Position numbers and translations under genes: made by a program. A DNA stretch of 64,000 bases from Eledone cirrhosa (lineage: Eukaryota). The notes beneath the pieces are model-generated. The model worked only from the letters and a program-made list of their open reading frames with translations. It made no database searches and was not told where the DNA came from. Positions 12,994-27,580 of the stretch are shown here, one piece after another. Location of the stretch: contig OZ024742.1 of assembly GCA_964016885.1 (NCBI GenBank), forward strand, positions 317,068,001 to 317,132,000. Direction: 5' to 3'. Each line of letters begins with the position of its first letter. The first letter of the stretch is position 1.

Positions 12994-13449
12994 GATATAC
13001 CATGAAAAAAATTCCCCAAAACGGGGAGAAATGATGCAAAATGGGGAGATTTTACATAATAAAAGCTATACCCATTTCCCTAAGGGAAGACATCTCACAC
13101 CCACTTTGGAGCGGGTTGGAGACCTTCCCGTAGGACGGTGAGAGTTGACAGATCTGATTTAACTGATAAATGTAAGATGTCTTATTAAGGGAATTATATG
13201 TAGTAATCATATTTTTATTTCCCATTTAATAGTGTCTGTTCTAAATATAATTTATAAACGAAGATTCACAATTTCTTTCTTTGAACATATATTAGCTGCT
13301 ACATATAATTACAATAGAATTTGTTATCATTAGCTAACATAATAACCACACCGATGAAATAATCACATTGCTACTTTAAAGAATAGGCATGACAACTTCA
13401 CTATCACACCGCAAATGATATTATTATTTAACGCTTATATATTTTACAG

Positions 13450-13680
13450 GTCTCTCAGGGATAATTCAGCGTGACACTGTGAGTGTAAAATCTGCCCTTT
13501 ATTGAATTACCACTACAGTTCATCCAACGATCTTCCAAACAGTGTCTCTCTATCTAATTCCACTAATATGGTTTGGGTAGACGCGAAGCTATGTTAAATT
13601 CCTCTTGTCCAAGATGTCACGCAACTGTATCGAAATCTGGACCTAAATATTACAAAGTGAAATAGGCTAAATCGTTATTC
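13450..13680 (-). mobile_element. Degenerate second SINE family (B)
   Basis: Weak reverse match to 16135-16270 and to a remembered abundant octopus tRNA-SINE; heavily decayed. Confidence 0.35.
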
Positions 13681-14257
13681 AATTAATGTACATAGTCCAG
13701 CACAAAAACAGATTTATTCTATAGGTAAAATATCGTAAATCAACACATGAGTAATAAATATTGAGATAATCAATTGCATGAAAACTCATATAAATGTTAT
13801 TACAAACAATGTTGTATTACTAACATTACTCTAAAATATAAGTATCTGCTCCTTCTAAATCGAGAAACTAGTACATTACTAGCTGACCCTTTAAAACATA
13901 AAAGTGATGTGAATGAATACAGACTCACATAATATTATCATATTTTCAGGCTTAATTCGAACACTATAACAAGATTAGAGCTCTAGTAAACATATTTCGT
14001 CCGTTCTTAAAACCCGAGATATAATACATTTTATTTGTATATTACCCAGATGGATTGGTAAAGAATACGAGCAAATCTGCCTGATTACAGAAATCTGCCT
14101 GACATTACTGAAATGTCACTCGTAATTTCAATCAAATATACATAAAGGACATATTGCGTTCCAGTTTCTCTCTCATTCTCTATCTCTCTCACACGTACAT
14201 ACACACTCACACATGATACACATGCATGTATACACGCACACATGCACGCGCGCACAT

Positions 14258-14299
<42 letters not shown>

Positions 14300-14872
14300 T
14301 ACGATAAATTAACAGAGCCATAGACTCGTTATTCCCTGTAAAGTGCTCAAAGGAAAAGGAATCGTGAGCTCTTTAAAATACAATATGTTGAAAGGGTAAC
14401 ACACTAGAGAGAGATATTTCGCTCCTTATAACAGTCTTTCCTCTCTCTCTGTTTGGTTGAGCACATCTCTTTGAGTGGGTTTTGGGCTGCCCTTTCTAGC
14501 AGTTCCTCTCTCAGATACCACTGATTCACTGTCCTACGCACGCTGTCACATCTCTCTGCCCCGTGTTGCTGGACAGTTGTCTTAGATTTTCTTAGAGTTG
14601 TCTGGAATGTACTGTCTTACACGCGCTAATGAGCCATAGGCGATTCCATTTCAGTCAACAACTTCCTGGCGAAACAGATCGCTTTGGATTTGTACATGTG
14701 TGTTATATAGTTATAGAGACCCGTATATGCATTTTAATTTATACTTTTAATTATTGTGTGTCTACCCCGCCTTCCATAGGTTATAGATTCCACACACTGG
14801 TGGCTTCCCTGTTTTATCGATCGAACACACCCTCTCTCTCTAGTGTGTTACCCTTTCAACATATTGTATTTC
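14300..14872 (+). mobile_element. Fold-back pLTR-like insertion in (TA)n
   Basis: 39-bp inverted repeat at 14376-14414 / 14833-14871; internal HHR-like CTAATGA-GCCA...TGGC-GAAA at about 14626-14674; TA tracts on both sides. Confidence 0.6.
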
Positions 14873-14969
<97 letters not shown>

Positions 14970-15235
14970 GCATACATCGTAGATAATTATTTAAAACATA
15001 TGTTGCATAATTGATAGCAGTTCTCATATTTATCTTGCAAGATCTGGTTCTATTAAAAAACAGTTTCCATAGAACCTAATAAGAAGCAAACACTATACAA
15101 TCAATTTGAATAGTCAACTACATGTATTGATATCATAGTTTAGTTATGTTTTTAGATAACTCTAAAATAATTGAAAATAATACGAAACTGGTAACCAGAT
15201 GTAGCCTGAAGAATATATATATATATATATATATA

Positions 15236-15630
15236 TAATATAAAATCAAAAGATGGTTAAAAGAGTTCCATGTATTTTATTATGCGCATTTCAAAAACAA
15301 ATATCATCATGGGATGATATTTGGGTTCTCATCAGATAAAAGAGGGCGACATGATATGAAGCTTAAAAAACACTTGCGAGCAGTGAAGTGTTAAATCGCA
15401 AAGGTTTTTTAAGCTTCATATCATGTCTCCATATTTTATCTGATGAGAACGCAAATATCATTCCATGATGATATTTGTTTTTGAAATGCGCATTATAAAA
15501 TACATGGAACTCTTTTAACCATCTTTTGATTTTATATTATTTATACTCCAGTCCTATAAACCGTTGAGTGCTACTTATCCGATATTTGCATTGCTTTCTT
15601 GTGCTACAATAAAACTTACCTCCTACATAT
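15236..15630. mobile_element. Fold-back PLE terminus with a hammerhead in each arm
   Basis: Arms 15236-15379 / 15396-15539. HHR TATTTTAT-CTGATGA-stem II-GAAA-TGCGCA-TT-ATAAAATA at 15432-15502 (+), mirrored at 15275-15341 (-). Confidence 0.85.
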
Positions 15631-15633
15631 ATA

Positions 15634-15707
<74 letters not shown>

Positions 15708-15760
15708 TGTATATATATATATAACGAAGGAGTTATATATATATATATATTTATATATAT

Positions 15761-15925
15761 ATAACGAAGGAGTTGTGGTAAGGAACCAGATGGACCATAA
15801 CGCACCAGAGTACTCAATATTTAGGGTAGTAGATTGGGTAATAGGAAAAAGTATGATCCGACGGCAGAGCTCAAGCGCCGTTTCGACGGCTTGAGCTCTG
15901 CCGTCAGGGTCATACCTTTTCCTAT
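15761..15925. mobile_element. Fold-back pLTR, family X
   Basis: GTGGTAAGGAACCAGATGGACCATAACGCACCAGAGTACTCAAT... arm, folding back at GACGGCAGAGCTCAAG / CTTGAGCTCTGCCGTC. Relatives lie at 46958, 47490, 48418 and 56205. Confidence 0.8.
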
Positions 15926-16134
15926 GTATATATATATATATATATGCACAACAGGAAGCATATCGCATATTGATGCTTTGTAAAGTAAGTTAGTGAGCCA
16001 ATAGTTATATTTAGGTCCATATTTTACTTCAACTGAGATTGTCTCAGATACTGACAGTATTTCCTGGTATAGTAATCCAATTAATAGTTTCAATCGCACC
16101 ATTACTCTAGCAAAGGGGACGCAGTCATGGATGA

Positions 16135-16270
16135 GCCATTAAGACCGTCGTTTCACAATCCTAAAGAATGGTCTTCCATTTCCCTGCAAAGTACTTTAAC
16201 CATAGCCTCTGGTCGATCTAAGACTTGTGAGTCAGATTGAGGAGATGGGAACTGTATGAAAACCCGTTTG
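16135..16270 (+). mobile_element. Degenerate SINE family B
   Basis: CCATAGCCTCTGGTCGATCTAAGACTTGTGAGTCAGATT...GGAACTGTATGAAAACCCGT resembles a remembered octopus SINE body. Confidence 0.4.
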
Positions 16271-16897
16271 ATGGATTTTATTTTTTAATTCAAGTGTCCA
16301 GAATTGCCATACACTGTTTTAAGCTGATTCAGTCCGGGAATTACTAATGGTATATATGTCTCTGAATTACTCAATCAGTTACACGTTAACTCCCATGTTA
16401 GACATTCAATTGTTTGAAAACCAGTATGTTCGTTGTCGAAATCCACAATAGAACGATCATTGTCACATCATTGTTTCTATCTCATGAATTAATTCGGTTG
16501 CGCCACTTACTACGATGTGTTGCTAAATAAGCTTCAACTTTATCCAAGAATGTTATGAATATATAATGTAATGGATGAAATATGTCAGAAAAGAGGAAAA
16601 TCCTGTCATGGCTTAAATTTTGCTCGAACGATAAAATTTTAGAATCAAGATTACATGTTCCAACAATATATGTACATGATATCCGAAAATAATGTTTTCA
16701 GATGTGACAAACTTTCAAATCTCTAAAGAGATCTTATCGAAACTCCCAGAGAAATGCTATCAAGCATAGCCAGTCTATACAAATATATTGTATTTCACAA
16801 ATACTAACTCTGAAATCAATAAAAACAAAGAAATCGATACATGAGAAAGGGTTGATATTATCTTTGCAGCCCCCTAGCTTCCCGTTGGAGACATAAA

Positions 16898-17086
16898 TAA
16901 TTGTTTCTACTTCAGGCACAAGGCCAGCAAATACCCAGTACATTACTGGTACTTTATTTTATCGACCTCGTAAGGATGAAAGACAAAGTTAACCTCGGTG
17001 GGATTTGAACTCAGACTGTAAAGGGACGTAACTATGCTAGAAAACATGGCGTCCAACCCTCTACGGATACTGCCAATTCACCGCCC
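16898..17086 (-). mobile_element. SINE family A, full length
   Basis: A/B boxes, body and tail as at 4094. Confidence 0.9.
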
Positions 17087-17397
17087 TTAAATAATAAGTG
17101 AAAATTTCATTCATACGTAAACATGTAACATTCATTATAAGTACCAGCCTAAATTATAGACTTATAGACATCACTGGACTTATCACACACTATATTCTTG
17201 TAGAGGTAGTTCAGGCAACATTTTCACAAAAGTAAAATACGAGAAACTTCAAATCGTTAATTGAAATCTGATACACGGAGATAGGACAGGTAACTGTGAG
17301 GCATCACTCATTCTAGATATAAATATCGTACAGATACTAAAAGTTTGACAGGACACTAAACCCTTCATGAATATATATATATATAATATAAATATAT

Positions 17398-19014
17398 ACG
17401 GCCTGAACTCCCCACCCTCATTCCTTTAGCCTTCGACCGCCCCCTCGCCACACACTTATCCCCCACTAACACCACTAACACACCCCTCCTTTTCACCGCC
17501 CACCCCACAACTAGCAATACTAACACCTCCACTCCACCCCTCATCCGACCACCCTTCCCTAACTAACATATTAACATCCCTCCCTTCTTCTCCTCCCCCC
17601 CTCCTTATCACACGCACACACCCACCGGCACATATATACACGCGCTCACATTATACACACACCCTACTACCACCACTAACCCTCACCCCCACACCTCCAT
17701 CCCACCACCCCGCAACTAACCTCACTAACACCCCCTGACCCCAAGCACACGAACACACGTACCCACTTACACCACCCACCCCACACGCAACTAACATGAC
17801 TAACACCCCCAACCCCACGCACACGTACCCACACACCCTCGTACACCACCAACTCTACACACCCTACCACCACTAACCCCCACTCACACCTGCATTCAAC
17901 CCTTCCCCACCTCCCGTATACTAACACCCCTTCATCAAACTACACACACACCAGTACACCACACTCCCTCCATAGAACTACACACACCCTTCTCTCCCCG
18001 CTCCACCCACACCCTCGCTCCACACTCACTCATCCCACTAACACCTCTACTAATACACACACACACACTCTCCTCACTCCAACTTTCACACCTACCCATC
18101 CTCGCCCCTTTACCATTCCACTGACTGCTGCTATGCCCTCTGACCACCTCCCAGCACAAACAGACACACAGCACTCCCACTGCTTGACCACTTCCTGTTG
18201 CGCACGCACCCCACATCTCTCCTCTTCCGACCATCTCTTCATGGAATAATCGTATGCTGAACTTGACCACCACATAATCCACTAAACACCATAGGATTTT
18301 ACCAACTTTTCAACCATCCTCTTACGGAACCACCTATATAACTCACCCACACACACACCCCAAAAAAATGTTTTTCTCCACACGCCACCTACACCCACAA
18401 CACCCTTAGACCCCACACACACGTGCTTTCCACCACATATTTACACCCTCAGCCTCCTGATTCCTCTCCCCCCACCCCTCTATCCACACACACACAGACA
18501 CTCCCACCTACAACCCCCCCCACACACACACACACACCTCTTCCTGAACATGCAACCCTCACTTTCACATCCACACACACACACACGCACACCTACACAC
18601 ACACACCACCTTCAGCCCTCCCCGCTCGGACACCCCGTCTCCCTCTCCCCACTCCACCCGCCACCACCTCTACACACCTCACACCCTTCCACCACCTGTT
18701 TTACCCCCCTTTTTATTTCAGTTTATTTTGATCATGCTTTTATATTTAATTTTATTTCATTCCTTGTATTTTGATCATGCTTTATTTTTATTTTTATTTT
18801 TAATTTTTAATTTCATTTGCACCGTTTCCTTTCGCTATATGTCTCTCCACCACTCCCCTACACACACTTTGAACTCTGTTCCCACACACTTCTCACCTGA
18901 GGAAGGGCTTATGCCCGAAACGTCGTTCCCCACCACCACCCCACTCCCCAGAGCGTGAAATTAATAAACATTCGTTGTACTGCCTCTCTGTTTTGTTCCT
19001 GTTCAAATTTTTCC

Positions 19015-19016
<2 letters not shown>
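17398..19016 (+). mobile_element. 5'-truncated PLE 3' region with long C/A-rich UTR
   Basis: Begins with YGLN..., as at PLE endonuclease C-termini, and has a strongly C/A-skewed body. It ends with HHR, AATAAA and a pyrimidine-rich terminus, with TA tracts on both sides. Confidence 0.6.
18895..18926 (+). ncRNA. Minimal PLE-type hammerhead
   Basis: AC-CTGAGGA-AGGGCTTATGCCC-GAAA-CG-TC-GT; stem I is very short. Confidence 0.65.
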
Positions 19017-19074
<58 letters not shown>

Positions 19075-19080
<6 letters not shown>

Positions 19081-19665
19081 CAAGGGAATGCAAATAAAGA
19101 AAAAATGTTAAATAAATTTCAAAACATTCGCTGTACTTACTATATGTGCCTTTACCGCGGTTTCGGATCTCAAAACAAATAGATAATCCAAGCAGATTTC
19201 CATTGAGAAAGAGATCCTCGTCAGAAGGCGTTTCTCTCTCGGAAAATATAAAATTCCCGAGTTCAAAATACAAACTAGCGCCATACAAAACTGTCCCAGC
19301 AAATGAATGATGAAACAATTCATTTACTGGGCAGTTTTGTATGGCGCCAGTTTGTATTTTGAACTCGGGAATTTTATATTTTCCGATAGAGAAACGCCTT
19401 CTGACGAGGATCTCTTTCTCAATGGAAATCTGCTTGGATTATCTATTTGTTTTGGGATCTGAAACCGCGGTAAAGGCACATATAATAAGTACAGCGAATT
19501 TTTTTTTATTTATTTTAAATTTTTTTTATTTATTTGCTTTCCCTTATTATATATGTTCTGGCTTGTTAATGTATTAACTTACCATTGAACCACACTAGCA
19601 TACGGTCGGACTATACTTGTATCCCTATGTGTATTATTTACATGTAGGAACACATACTTTTATTA
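19075..19665. mobile_element. Fold-back PLE terminus with a hammerhead in each arm
   Basis: Arms ~19082-19308 / 19318-19545. HHR GCCTT-CTGACGA-GGATCTC...GGGATCT-GAAA-CCGCGG-TA-AAGGC at 19396-19477 (+) and 19148-19229 (-). Confidence 0.9.
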
Positions 19666-19673
19666 TATATATA

Positions 19674-19998
19674 GGGAGACACGAAGCAGGCTTTGTTTAC
19701 AAGCAGCTAGCGAATTGGAAAATTAGGTAGTAACATGTGTTTACGCTGTATTTGACTACATAGAATTAGTCTGTTAGTTGGAATTTTAAAAAAACCTCTG
19801 AATTGAAAAAAAATGAGTATTGACTGCATGGGACACGAACCCACATCTCTGGTCCCGAAAACCAAAGATGCATGTTCGTGTCCCATGTACGTCAATACTC
19901 ATCCTTTTTTTCATTCAGAGGGTTTTTTTAAAATCCCAACTAACAGACTAATTCTATGTAGTCAAATACGGCGTAAGAATGTGTTACTACCTAATTTT
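19674..19998. mobile_element. Fold-back element with tRNA(Arg)-like head
   Basis: Arms 19719-19840 / 19874-19998. The minus strand reads an anticodon-like arm TTGGT-TTTCGGG-ACCAG, a T-arm GTGGG-TTCGTGT-CCCAT, then oligo-T. Confidence 0.6.
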
Positions 19999-22900
19999 AT
20001 ATATATATAAATATATATATATGACCATCTTCAAACAAACGGCTTTATCTGGTAGTGCACCCTGAATGCAACGCTTTCACATGACTTCAATGCATGTAAC
20101 TCATTTTGTAACGAAAGTAATGCAAATACCATACGGGCTTGCACAATAGTACACTAAGAAAACTTTCTACCTGTTTTAAACAGCCGATACCAACACATAT
20201 ATTCTTCGCCAAGCTAACTATATCATTTCATTCCCAGATATCATATTATTCTTCATACAAACACATAAAGCAAACAATGCCCCAACACTCCTTTGATTAC
20301 CTACCCGTCTTCTTTACATCACACTCAGTCATTAATGCATAAAGCAAAATCATATTTACAATTTTAAGAAAAGGCCAGTGGAACAGTTCAATTAGGGTTT
20401 GGCGTGAATTAAACAACACTATAATCATAAAATAGACACTGCAGTACATTCATCTAAGGAAGTGATTATAGCTGCCTCTCCTTAAAAAATGAACTTATAA
20501 TAAATACAAGCAATTTCACTTTACTACTGCTTGTAAGTAAATATTTACATCAACTGACGTTATTTTCTTATGTACACAAGTTGAAAGTCAACTTCATTCT
20601 CACTTAAAAGTTATTCCGCCTTGTGATCCCGGTGGTCAGGGTGGAGACAACCTTATTAATAATAATCAGCATTAAACATTAAACAATACAAGATCGAATA
20701 TAAAGCATTCAAAACAAAATGCTGGCAAATAATTTTATTCTTCGCAAGCCATAAAACAAACAGAAAAACACATTTTAGTATAATTTGGAGCATCTACAAG
20801 AATAGCTACATAAAATCCTATATCGAAATAACAAAATACTCTTACTCAAGCACCAAACAACTACTTTTATCGGATATATCTTCGAAAAGGAACCTAAAGT
20901 CTAAAATGAACAGTATGACAATGATTTTTGCCTCGATCCTTTCTCAAATACTCTTAATCTACACAGAAATGTAAAGAATCAAGTGTCTCGGAACCGGAAA
21001 GTTTCAGGAAACAGAAGCACACACCTAAAATAGCTTACACGGGACATAATCCCAGCTCGGAGTAATATCTATAACAACTTGTGTCAGTATTGTGAAACTA
21101 GAGGTAATCATAAATTATCGACAGCTCAAATGATGTAGCTTCATACAAATGTATACTCCTTATACTCCTTCATATATTTCAGGAAAAAAAATTCTCATTA
21201 ACACTACCACCAGATAACGCCCTCAGCTTTTGACACTGAAACACCACTACTCAGTAAAGTATACAAAAACGATTTTACAACAGAACCACACATCTTCCTA
21301 TCTGCAATATATATGACTAAAGGTTTTAATCCCTTCTCCAATACATACGTATATACAAGACACTCAATCCCTCATTAACAAACAACACAAAACTCTGGCT
21401 AATAAACTACATGTCGGATCACCAAACCTAGGAAATGTCCAAGAGCAATAATGGGAAGTTTTCGAGTGAAATATTACTATGAACCATCTCCTCAATCACT
21501 TGTCAATGTATACCTACCTTCCATTCTATACTACATCAGACACTAGAATTACTAAAGGAACATCAACGAATTTTCTTCTTTAATATCATCTTTCGTTTTC
21601 ATGTGACAGTTCACGACGCAGGAACTATTGTACACTCAACAATGGTCAGTCAGCTTTTGTTATTCCTTTTCATTCGTTTCATGAAAGCAGCAACCGCATG
21701 GAATCCAATATTTTATCTACCTAATTGTTAAATTGTGGAATATATGTCTTTCACAAATCTCAATCAATGTTAAAACTCTTAATATTTGTCTTCTAAAAGA
21801 TGGCGAGTTGTAACCTTCGCAAAACAAATTAAATGATATAAACGTAAAACATTAATAGCAGAGAAAGTCTGCGCTCTTGCAATTATCTGTTCATTAAAGC
21901 ACCAGTAATGCAGTGGGTGTAATTTCTGGCCTTCTGCCAAAAGTAGAAACAATTATTTATTCTTTGTCGAATGAACGAACGCAATGTCCAGTATTTACCT
22001 CTCCAGGTGTCTGATAATGCCCAAATCTTAAAACGGTTTGACTTCAAGATTTTAGAAAGTAGTATTTTAATCCTATCACTGACAAATAATATAAAGTCTG
22101 CATAATACTACTTATGGTATTTGGCGTCTTTGAGTGAAAGCCCCTCTAATGTATCTGAAGTATTAAATACAACGAAACATCGGAATTAAACTATGAATGC
22201 ATCACACCCAGATTACTAAAATATTAGGTATCAAAACAGTTTATTGCAACAGTGGTGTACAAACACCACTAGCATAGGATATTTTATATTTACCTGGTCC
22301 CCTATATCTCCACACAACAACAACAAAAAAAGAAAAACCGAATATACTACCATTCGTTTCATCACGTGTTACATAAGACCATACCCCAAAATTAATGCTA
22401 AAAATGAAAGACCAACTATTTTACAAAAGGTATCGTTTATGGTAGCAGCCAGCTCCAACCCTTACAATTACGGCAGTATATTGAGTTTAATCCGTCGACT
22501 AAACATCCCTTATTGGCATTGTGCAAATTTAAAAGAAATCAACCCAATATAATTCCTCAAATCATTCATGAATATGAGCTCCTATAAATGGTTTTGTAAT
22601 AGCTTCCAACTAATATTTCATTTAAATATCAGATCCCTATAAAACACCTCCTCATAAAATTAACATTTAAATAACTCATTCTTATAAGTATCGATTATCA
22701 CCCTCGTATCATAGAATAATTATTACATTATTAAACGAAATTTGCATAATTAAATTTATATTTGCATAATGTAAATTCACGAACATATCACGACTGTAAC
22801 AAATTCAAACAATCATTCAATTCCTAAAGAATTGTTTAACAGAACATTCAGAACCCCACCTCTCGATGTTACCTTTTCACATTGATAATGCTATATCTCT

Positions 22901-23355
22901 CTTCAACATACGGTTCAGTTTTCAATATTTATCTCTAATAATTCTTTCCGTATCAGTTATTTCTTAACTCTAACTTCTTTTTGCCGTAGATATTGCTGTT
23001 GACGTTGCAACTTATTTTGTGTTATTCGTTGTATTATTATCCGTATAAAAATAGATAGATTTTTTTTTTAAATTAAAATATTTCTATCCCAAAACCTCAT
23101 GAGATTCAATTTACGTTAACTTTAACATCACAATTTTTACTTTATGCATGAAGCTTTTATTGATTTTTCAACAAAACATGTTTTTTATGTTTTCAGTTAT
23201 GGTTGTTCATTTTCTAGATACATGCGCTTCATAATATATTTCCTTAGAATTAATCGAAAAGATATGTCCACAATTATTGATAAAAATATATCTTTTCTAT
23301 ATAAGTTAAACATGTCCTTTTACCAATATACGTATACTCACATTCACACACATGC

Positions 23356-23408
<53 letters not shown>

Positions 23409-23418
23409 TATATATATA

Positions 23419-23471
23419 AGTCTGTTATAACGAAATAAGTTATGATGTAGGTGTGTATTTGACTCCACCGC

Positions 23472-23534
<63 letters not shown>

Positions 23535-23593
23535 TACGTATATATATATATATGTAAATATATATATAAAATATTATATAATATATATAATAT

Positions 23594-23631
<38 letters not shown>

Positions 23632-23857
23632 TAAATATTTGCTCTACGGTTCTTATATATCTGATATATATTTATACTTATCGAGCCCTCTTTGGATTTT
23701 AGTCTTCAAATTTATTATTATTACTATATATATAGTAATAATATATATATATATATATAAGTTATTCCGGATTGAATCGGAGGGACCCACATATATATAT
23801 ATATGCGGTGGAGTCAAATACACACCTACATCATAGCTTATTTCGTTATAACTAGAC
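23419..23857. repeat. ~56-bp inverted duplication bracketing a TA tract with PLE-end fragments
   Basis: 23419-23475 is the reverse complement of 23803-23857. 23759-23790 is the terminal ~30 nt of the pLTR seen at 27580. Confidence 0.75.
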
Positions 23858-24809
23858 TTTCGTTTTTAATACCTTTCTTCTTTAACTTATTAATGGCTCT
23901 AAACTCGATATATTGTTCATTTCTCATGAGCATTTCAGCTAATGTGTATTGCGTGATAAGATAATGATCAGTATCAGTATGAAGTATTAATTCAATTATC
24001 TACCGCAGCCGCCTATATTTGTAGTTCTACTTGTTCGAATACTCCAGCAAAGGATTTTTATTTTTATCTGTTGTGATGTGAGTTAGAAATACCGTGCTAA
24101 TGTTTTTACGTCCTTTTTTCCATGTTTGTATGTGTTGGACGATGCACGGACCTTATCCCGGTTTCTTGAGCGTTAAGTAGCAGAGTGTACAAGACTGAAA
24201 CGGATGCAGACTAACACCCAGTTGCCACAAGTATTCATGTTAACCCTTTTACTCTATATTTACTATTATATATTTACTATTATATTTTTAAGGTAAAGGC
24301 TTTACCTCACAAAATTATCTCACATAATATCGAATCTATGGGAGTTTGATATTATTTATTTTGACAAAAATACCATAACATCAATATGAGCGGCTGGTTA
24401 CAAGAGGTGAAAGAGTTCTGTTTGGATATGGCCGGTTTAAATACTAAAGGATTAAGCTAAATAAACTGATTCGTTGTGAAATACACTGCCTTTCACAAGG
24501 ATAAATTATATCACTCGTGTGAATCGAACCGACCAACATAGGATCATGAAGCAAACATTCTAACCCTTAGATAATTTGATCTATCTTAAAACATTAGTAA
24601 TCAGATAAGGGATATTTCTAGTCCATTCCCTACAGCATCCATTACTCGCCCCATATAACAATATGACTTGATAGCTTATAAATATGTCACAAACATCACA
24701 CCGATGAATCATATATTACACAGGTGTTTGTATTTGTCTTTCCCTTTGTGATCATTAATACCTCCATGTATGATATGTTACATTTTCATTAAATGTTCTC
24801 TTTAATTGA

Positions 24810-24998
24810 TAATTGTTTCTACTTTTGGCACAAGGCCAGCAATTGATCAGTGTATTACTGGTACTTTATTTTATCGACCCCGTAAGGATGAAAGGCAAAG
24901 TTAACATCGGCGGGATTTGAACTCACAATGGCAAGGGCCGTAACTCTATGCGTCAAAGCATGGCGTCCGACCCTCTACCGATACTACCAATTCACCGC
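24810..24998 (-). mobile_element. SINE family A, full length
   Basis: A/B boxes, body and tail. Confidence 0.9.
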
Positions 24999-25241
24999 AA
25001 TGGAGGTTAAATACTTCGAAGCATTTATTTATTCAGTCATTTATATATAATCTTCTAATATGGGTGGAATTTTACCACGCATTGTGCGTCTTTCTGTTAT
25101 TTCGTGTTTTGCCTTCTTTTGTCGCTTTTCACAAAAATCTGATTTCCCTTTCCGATGAAAGATTATGATCCGAAACTCCAAAGAGTAAAGAAGTTGTTAT
25201 TTCCTCCTTTAAGAGTTATTTCAATATTCTATTGCTCATAC

Positions 25242-25312
<71 letters not shown>

Positions 25313-25319
25313 AGAGAGA

Positions 25320-25455
25320 GACACCAAGATGGCCAATAATCGTGAGTACACGATACATGGGGCGATGAAGAGTGGGTAGAGAAATACGTAAAATCCCGAC
25401 CGTGGTGCCAAGCGACGACTTTCGACTCAGTCGAGATTTTACATCTCTCTATCTC
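25320..25455. mobile_element. Short fold-back pLTR, family X-related
   Basis: TAGAGAAATACGTAAAATCCCGAC / GTCGAGATTTTACATCTCTCTA inverted pair; GAGTACACGATA motif shared with the element at 39878. Confidence 0.55.
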
Positions 25456-25483
25456 TGTAGGTGTATATATATATATATCAGTA

Positions 25484-25545
<62 letters not shown>

Positions 25546-25547
25546 TA

Positions 25548-25604
<57 letters not shown>

Positions 25605-25665
25605 CAGTATATATGTATATATATATATATATCAGTATATATATATATATATATATATATATCAG

Positions 25666-25697
<32 letters not shown>

Positions 25698-25726
25698 TAT
25701 ATATATATATATATATATATATATCA

Positions 25727-25797
<71 letters not shown>

Positions 25798-25816
25798 TAT
25801 ATATATATATATATCA

Positions 25817-25853
<37 letters not shown>

Positions 25854-25878
25854 TATATATATATATATATATATATCA

Positions 25879-25917
<39 letters not shown>

Positions 25918-25942
25918 TATATATATATATATATATATATCA

Positions 25943-25983
<41 letters not shown>

Positions 25984-26107
25984 TATATATATATATATAT
26001 ATATCAGTATATATATATATATATATATCAGTATATATATATATATATATCAGTATATATATATATATATATATATATCAGTATATATATATATATATAT
26101 ATATCAG

Positions 26108-26145
<38 letters not shown>

Positions 26146-26182
26146 TGTATATATATCAGTATATATATATATATATATATCA

Positions 26183-26227
<45 letters not shown>

Positions 26228-26330
26228 TATATATATATATATATATATCAGTATATATATATATATATATATATATATCAGTATATATATATATATATCA
26301 GTATATATATATATATATATATATATATCA

Positions 26331-26413
<83 letters not shown>

Positions 26414-26419
26414 TATATA

Positions 26420-26554
26420 TTAACATATGTTGATGCCCTAAGGACAGACACTGGTCTGTTGGAGATGCAGGATATGGCAGCGATAATGAGGGACAGAGAC
26501 CGCTGGAGAGAACTCGTCCATGGATCTCGGGAATTTTACCCGCCTTAGATAGAT

Positions 26555-26558
<4 letters not shown>
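26420..26558 (+). mobile_element. RTE-type LINE 3' end
   Basis: Encodes [30 protein letters not shown] followed by a (TAGA)n tail. Confidence 0.75.
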
Positions 26559-26589
<31 letters not shown>

Positions 26590-26611
26590 TATATATATAT
26601 ATATATATCAG

Positions 26612-26737
<126 letters not shown>

Positions 26738-26765
26738 TATATATATATATATATATATATATCAG

Positions 26766-26803
<38 letters not shown>

Positions 26804-26828
26804 TATATATATATATATATATATATCA

Positions 26829-27009
<181 letters not shown>

Positions 27010-27026
27010 TATATATATATGTAACA

Positions 27027-27077
<51 letters not shown>

Positions 27078-27130
27078 TATATATATATATATATATATAT
27101 ATCAGTGTATATATATATATATCAGTATAT

Positions 27131-27286
27131 ATCTATCTATCTAGGGCGGGTAAAATTCCCGAGATCCATGGACGAGTTCTCTCCAGCGGTCTCTGTCTCT
27201 CATTATCGCTGCCATATCCTGCATCTCCAACAGACCAGTGTCTGTCCTTAGGGCATCAACATATGTTAACCTTGGTCTTCCTCTTC
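27131..27286 (-). mobile_element. RTE-type LINE 3' end, inverted copy
   Basis: Near-identical reverse copy of 26420-26558, extended to [10 protein letters not shown]. Confidence 0.8.
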
Positions 27287-27297
27287 AGTATATATCA

Positions 27298-27334
<37 letters not shown>

Positions 27335-27335
<1 letters not shown>

Positions 27336-27521
27336 GTAGGTCCCGGGTTGAGTCGGGGATAACCACAGTAAGTAAGTTACTCAATACATGGCAGAGTAAA
27401 ATTTTTTTATTTTATAGAAGGAGCTTCTACAGGACTAGTACTGTTTCATTCAGATGAAATCTTCAGGAAGCTCTGAAGATTTCATCTGAATGAAACAGTA
27501 CTAGTCCTGTAGAAGCTCCTT

Positions 27522-27527
<6 letters not shown>
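27335..27527. mobile_element. Fold-back solo pLTR (Hydra-like PLE subfamily) with HHR
   Basis: Arms ~27413-27466 / 27473-27526. HHR GAGCTTC-CTGAAGA-TTTCATCTGAAT-GAAA-CAG(TACTAGTC)CTG-TA-GAAGCTC at 27421-27473 (-). Confidence 0.85.

Positions 27528-27580
<53 letters not shown>

Noticed and set aside
14386-14861. TG...CA solo LTR or MITE
   Set aside because: The inverted repeat extends beyond TG/CA, there is no TSD, the arms are asymmetric and embedded in TA; it fits a PLE fold-back better.
17456-18774. Gly/Val- or Pro/Thr/His-rich ORFs
   Set aside because: They are by-products of a C/A-skewed low-complexity UTR.
19826-19872. Functional tRNA gene
   Set aside because: Only anticodon-like and T-like arms are present; no D arm or acceptor stem.
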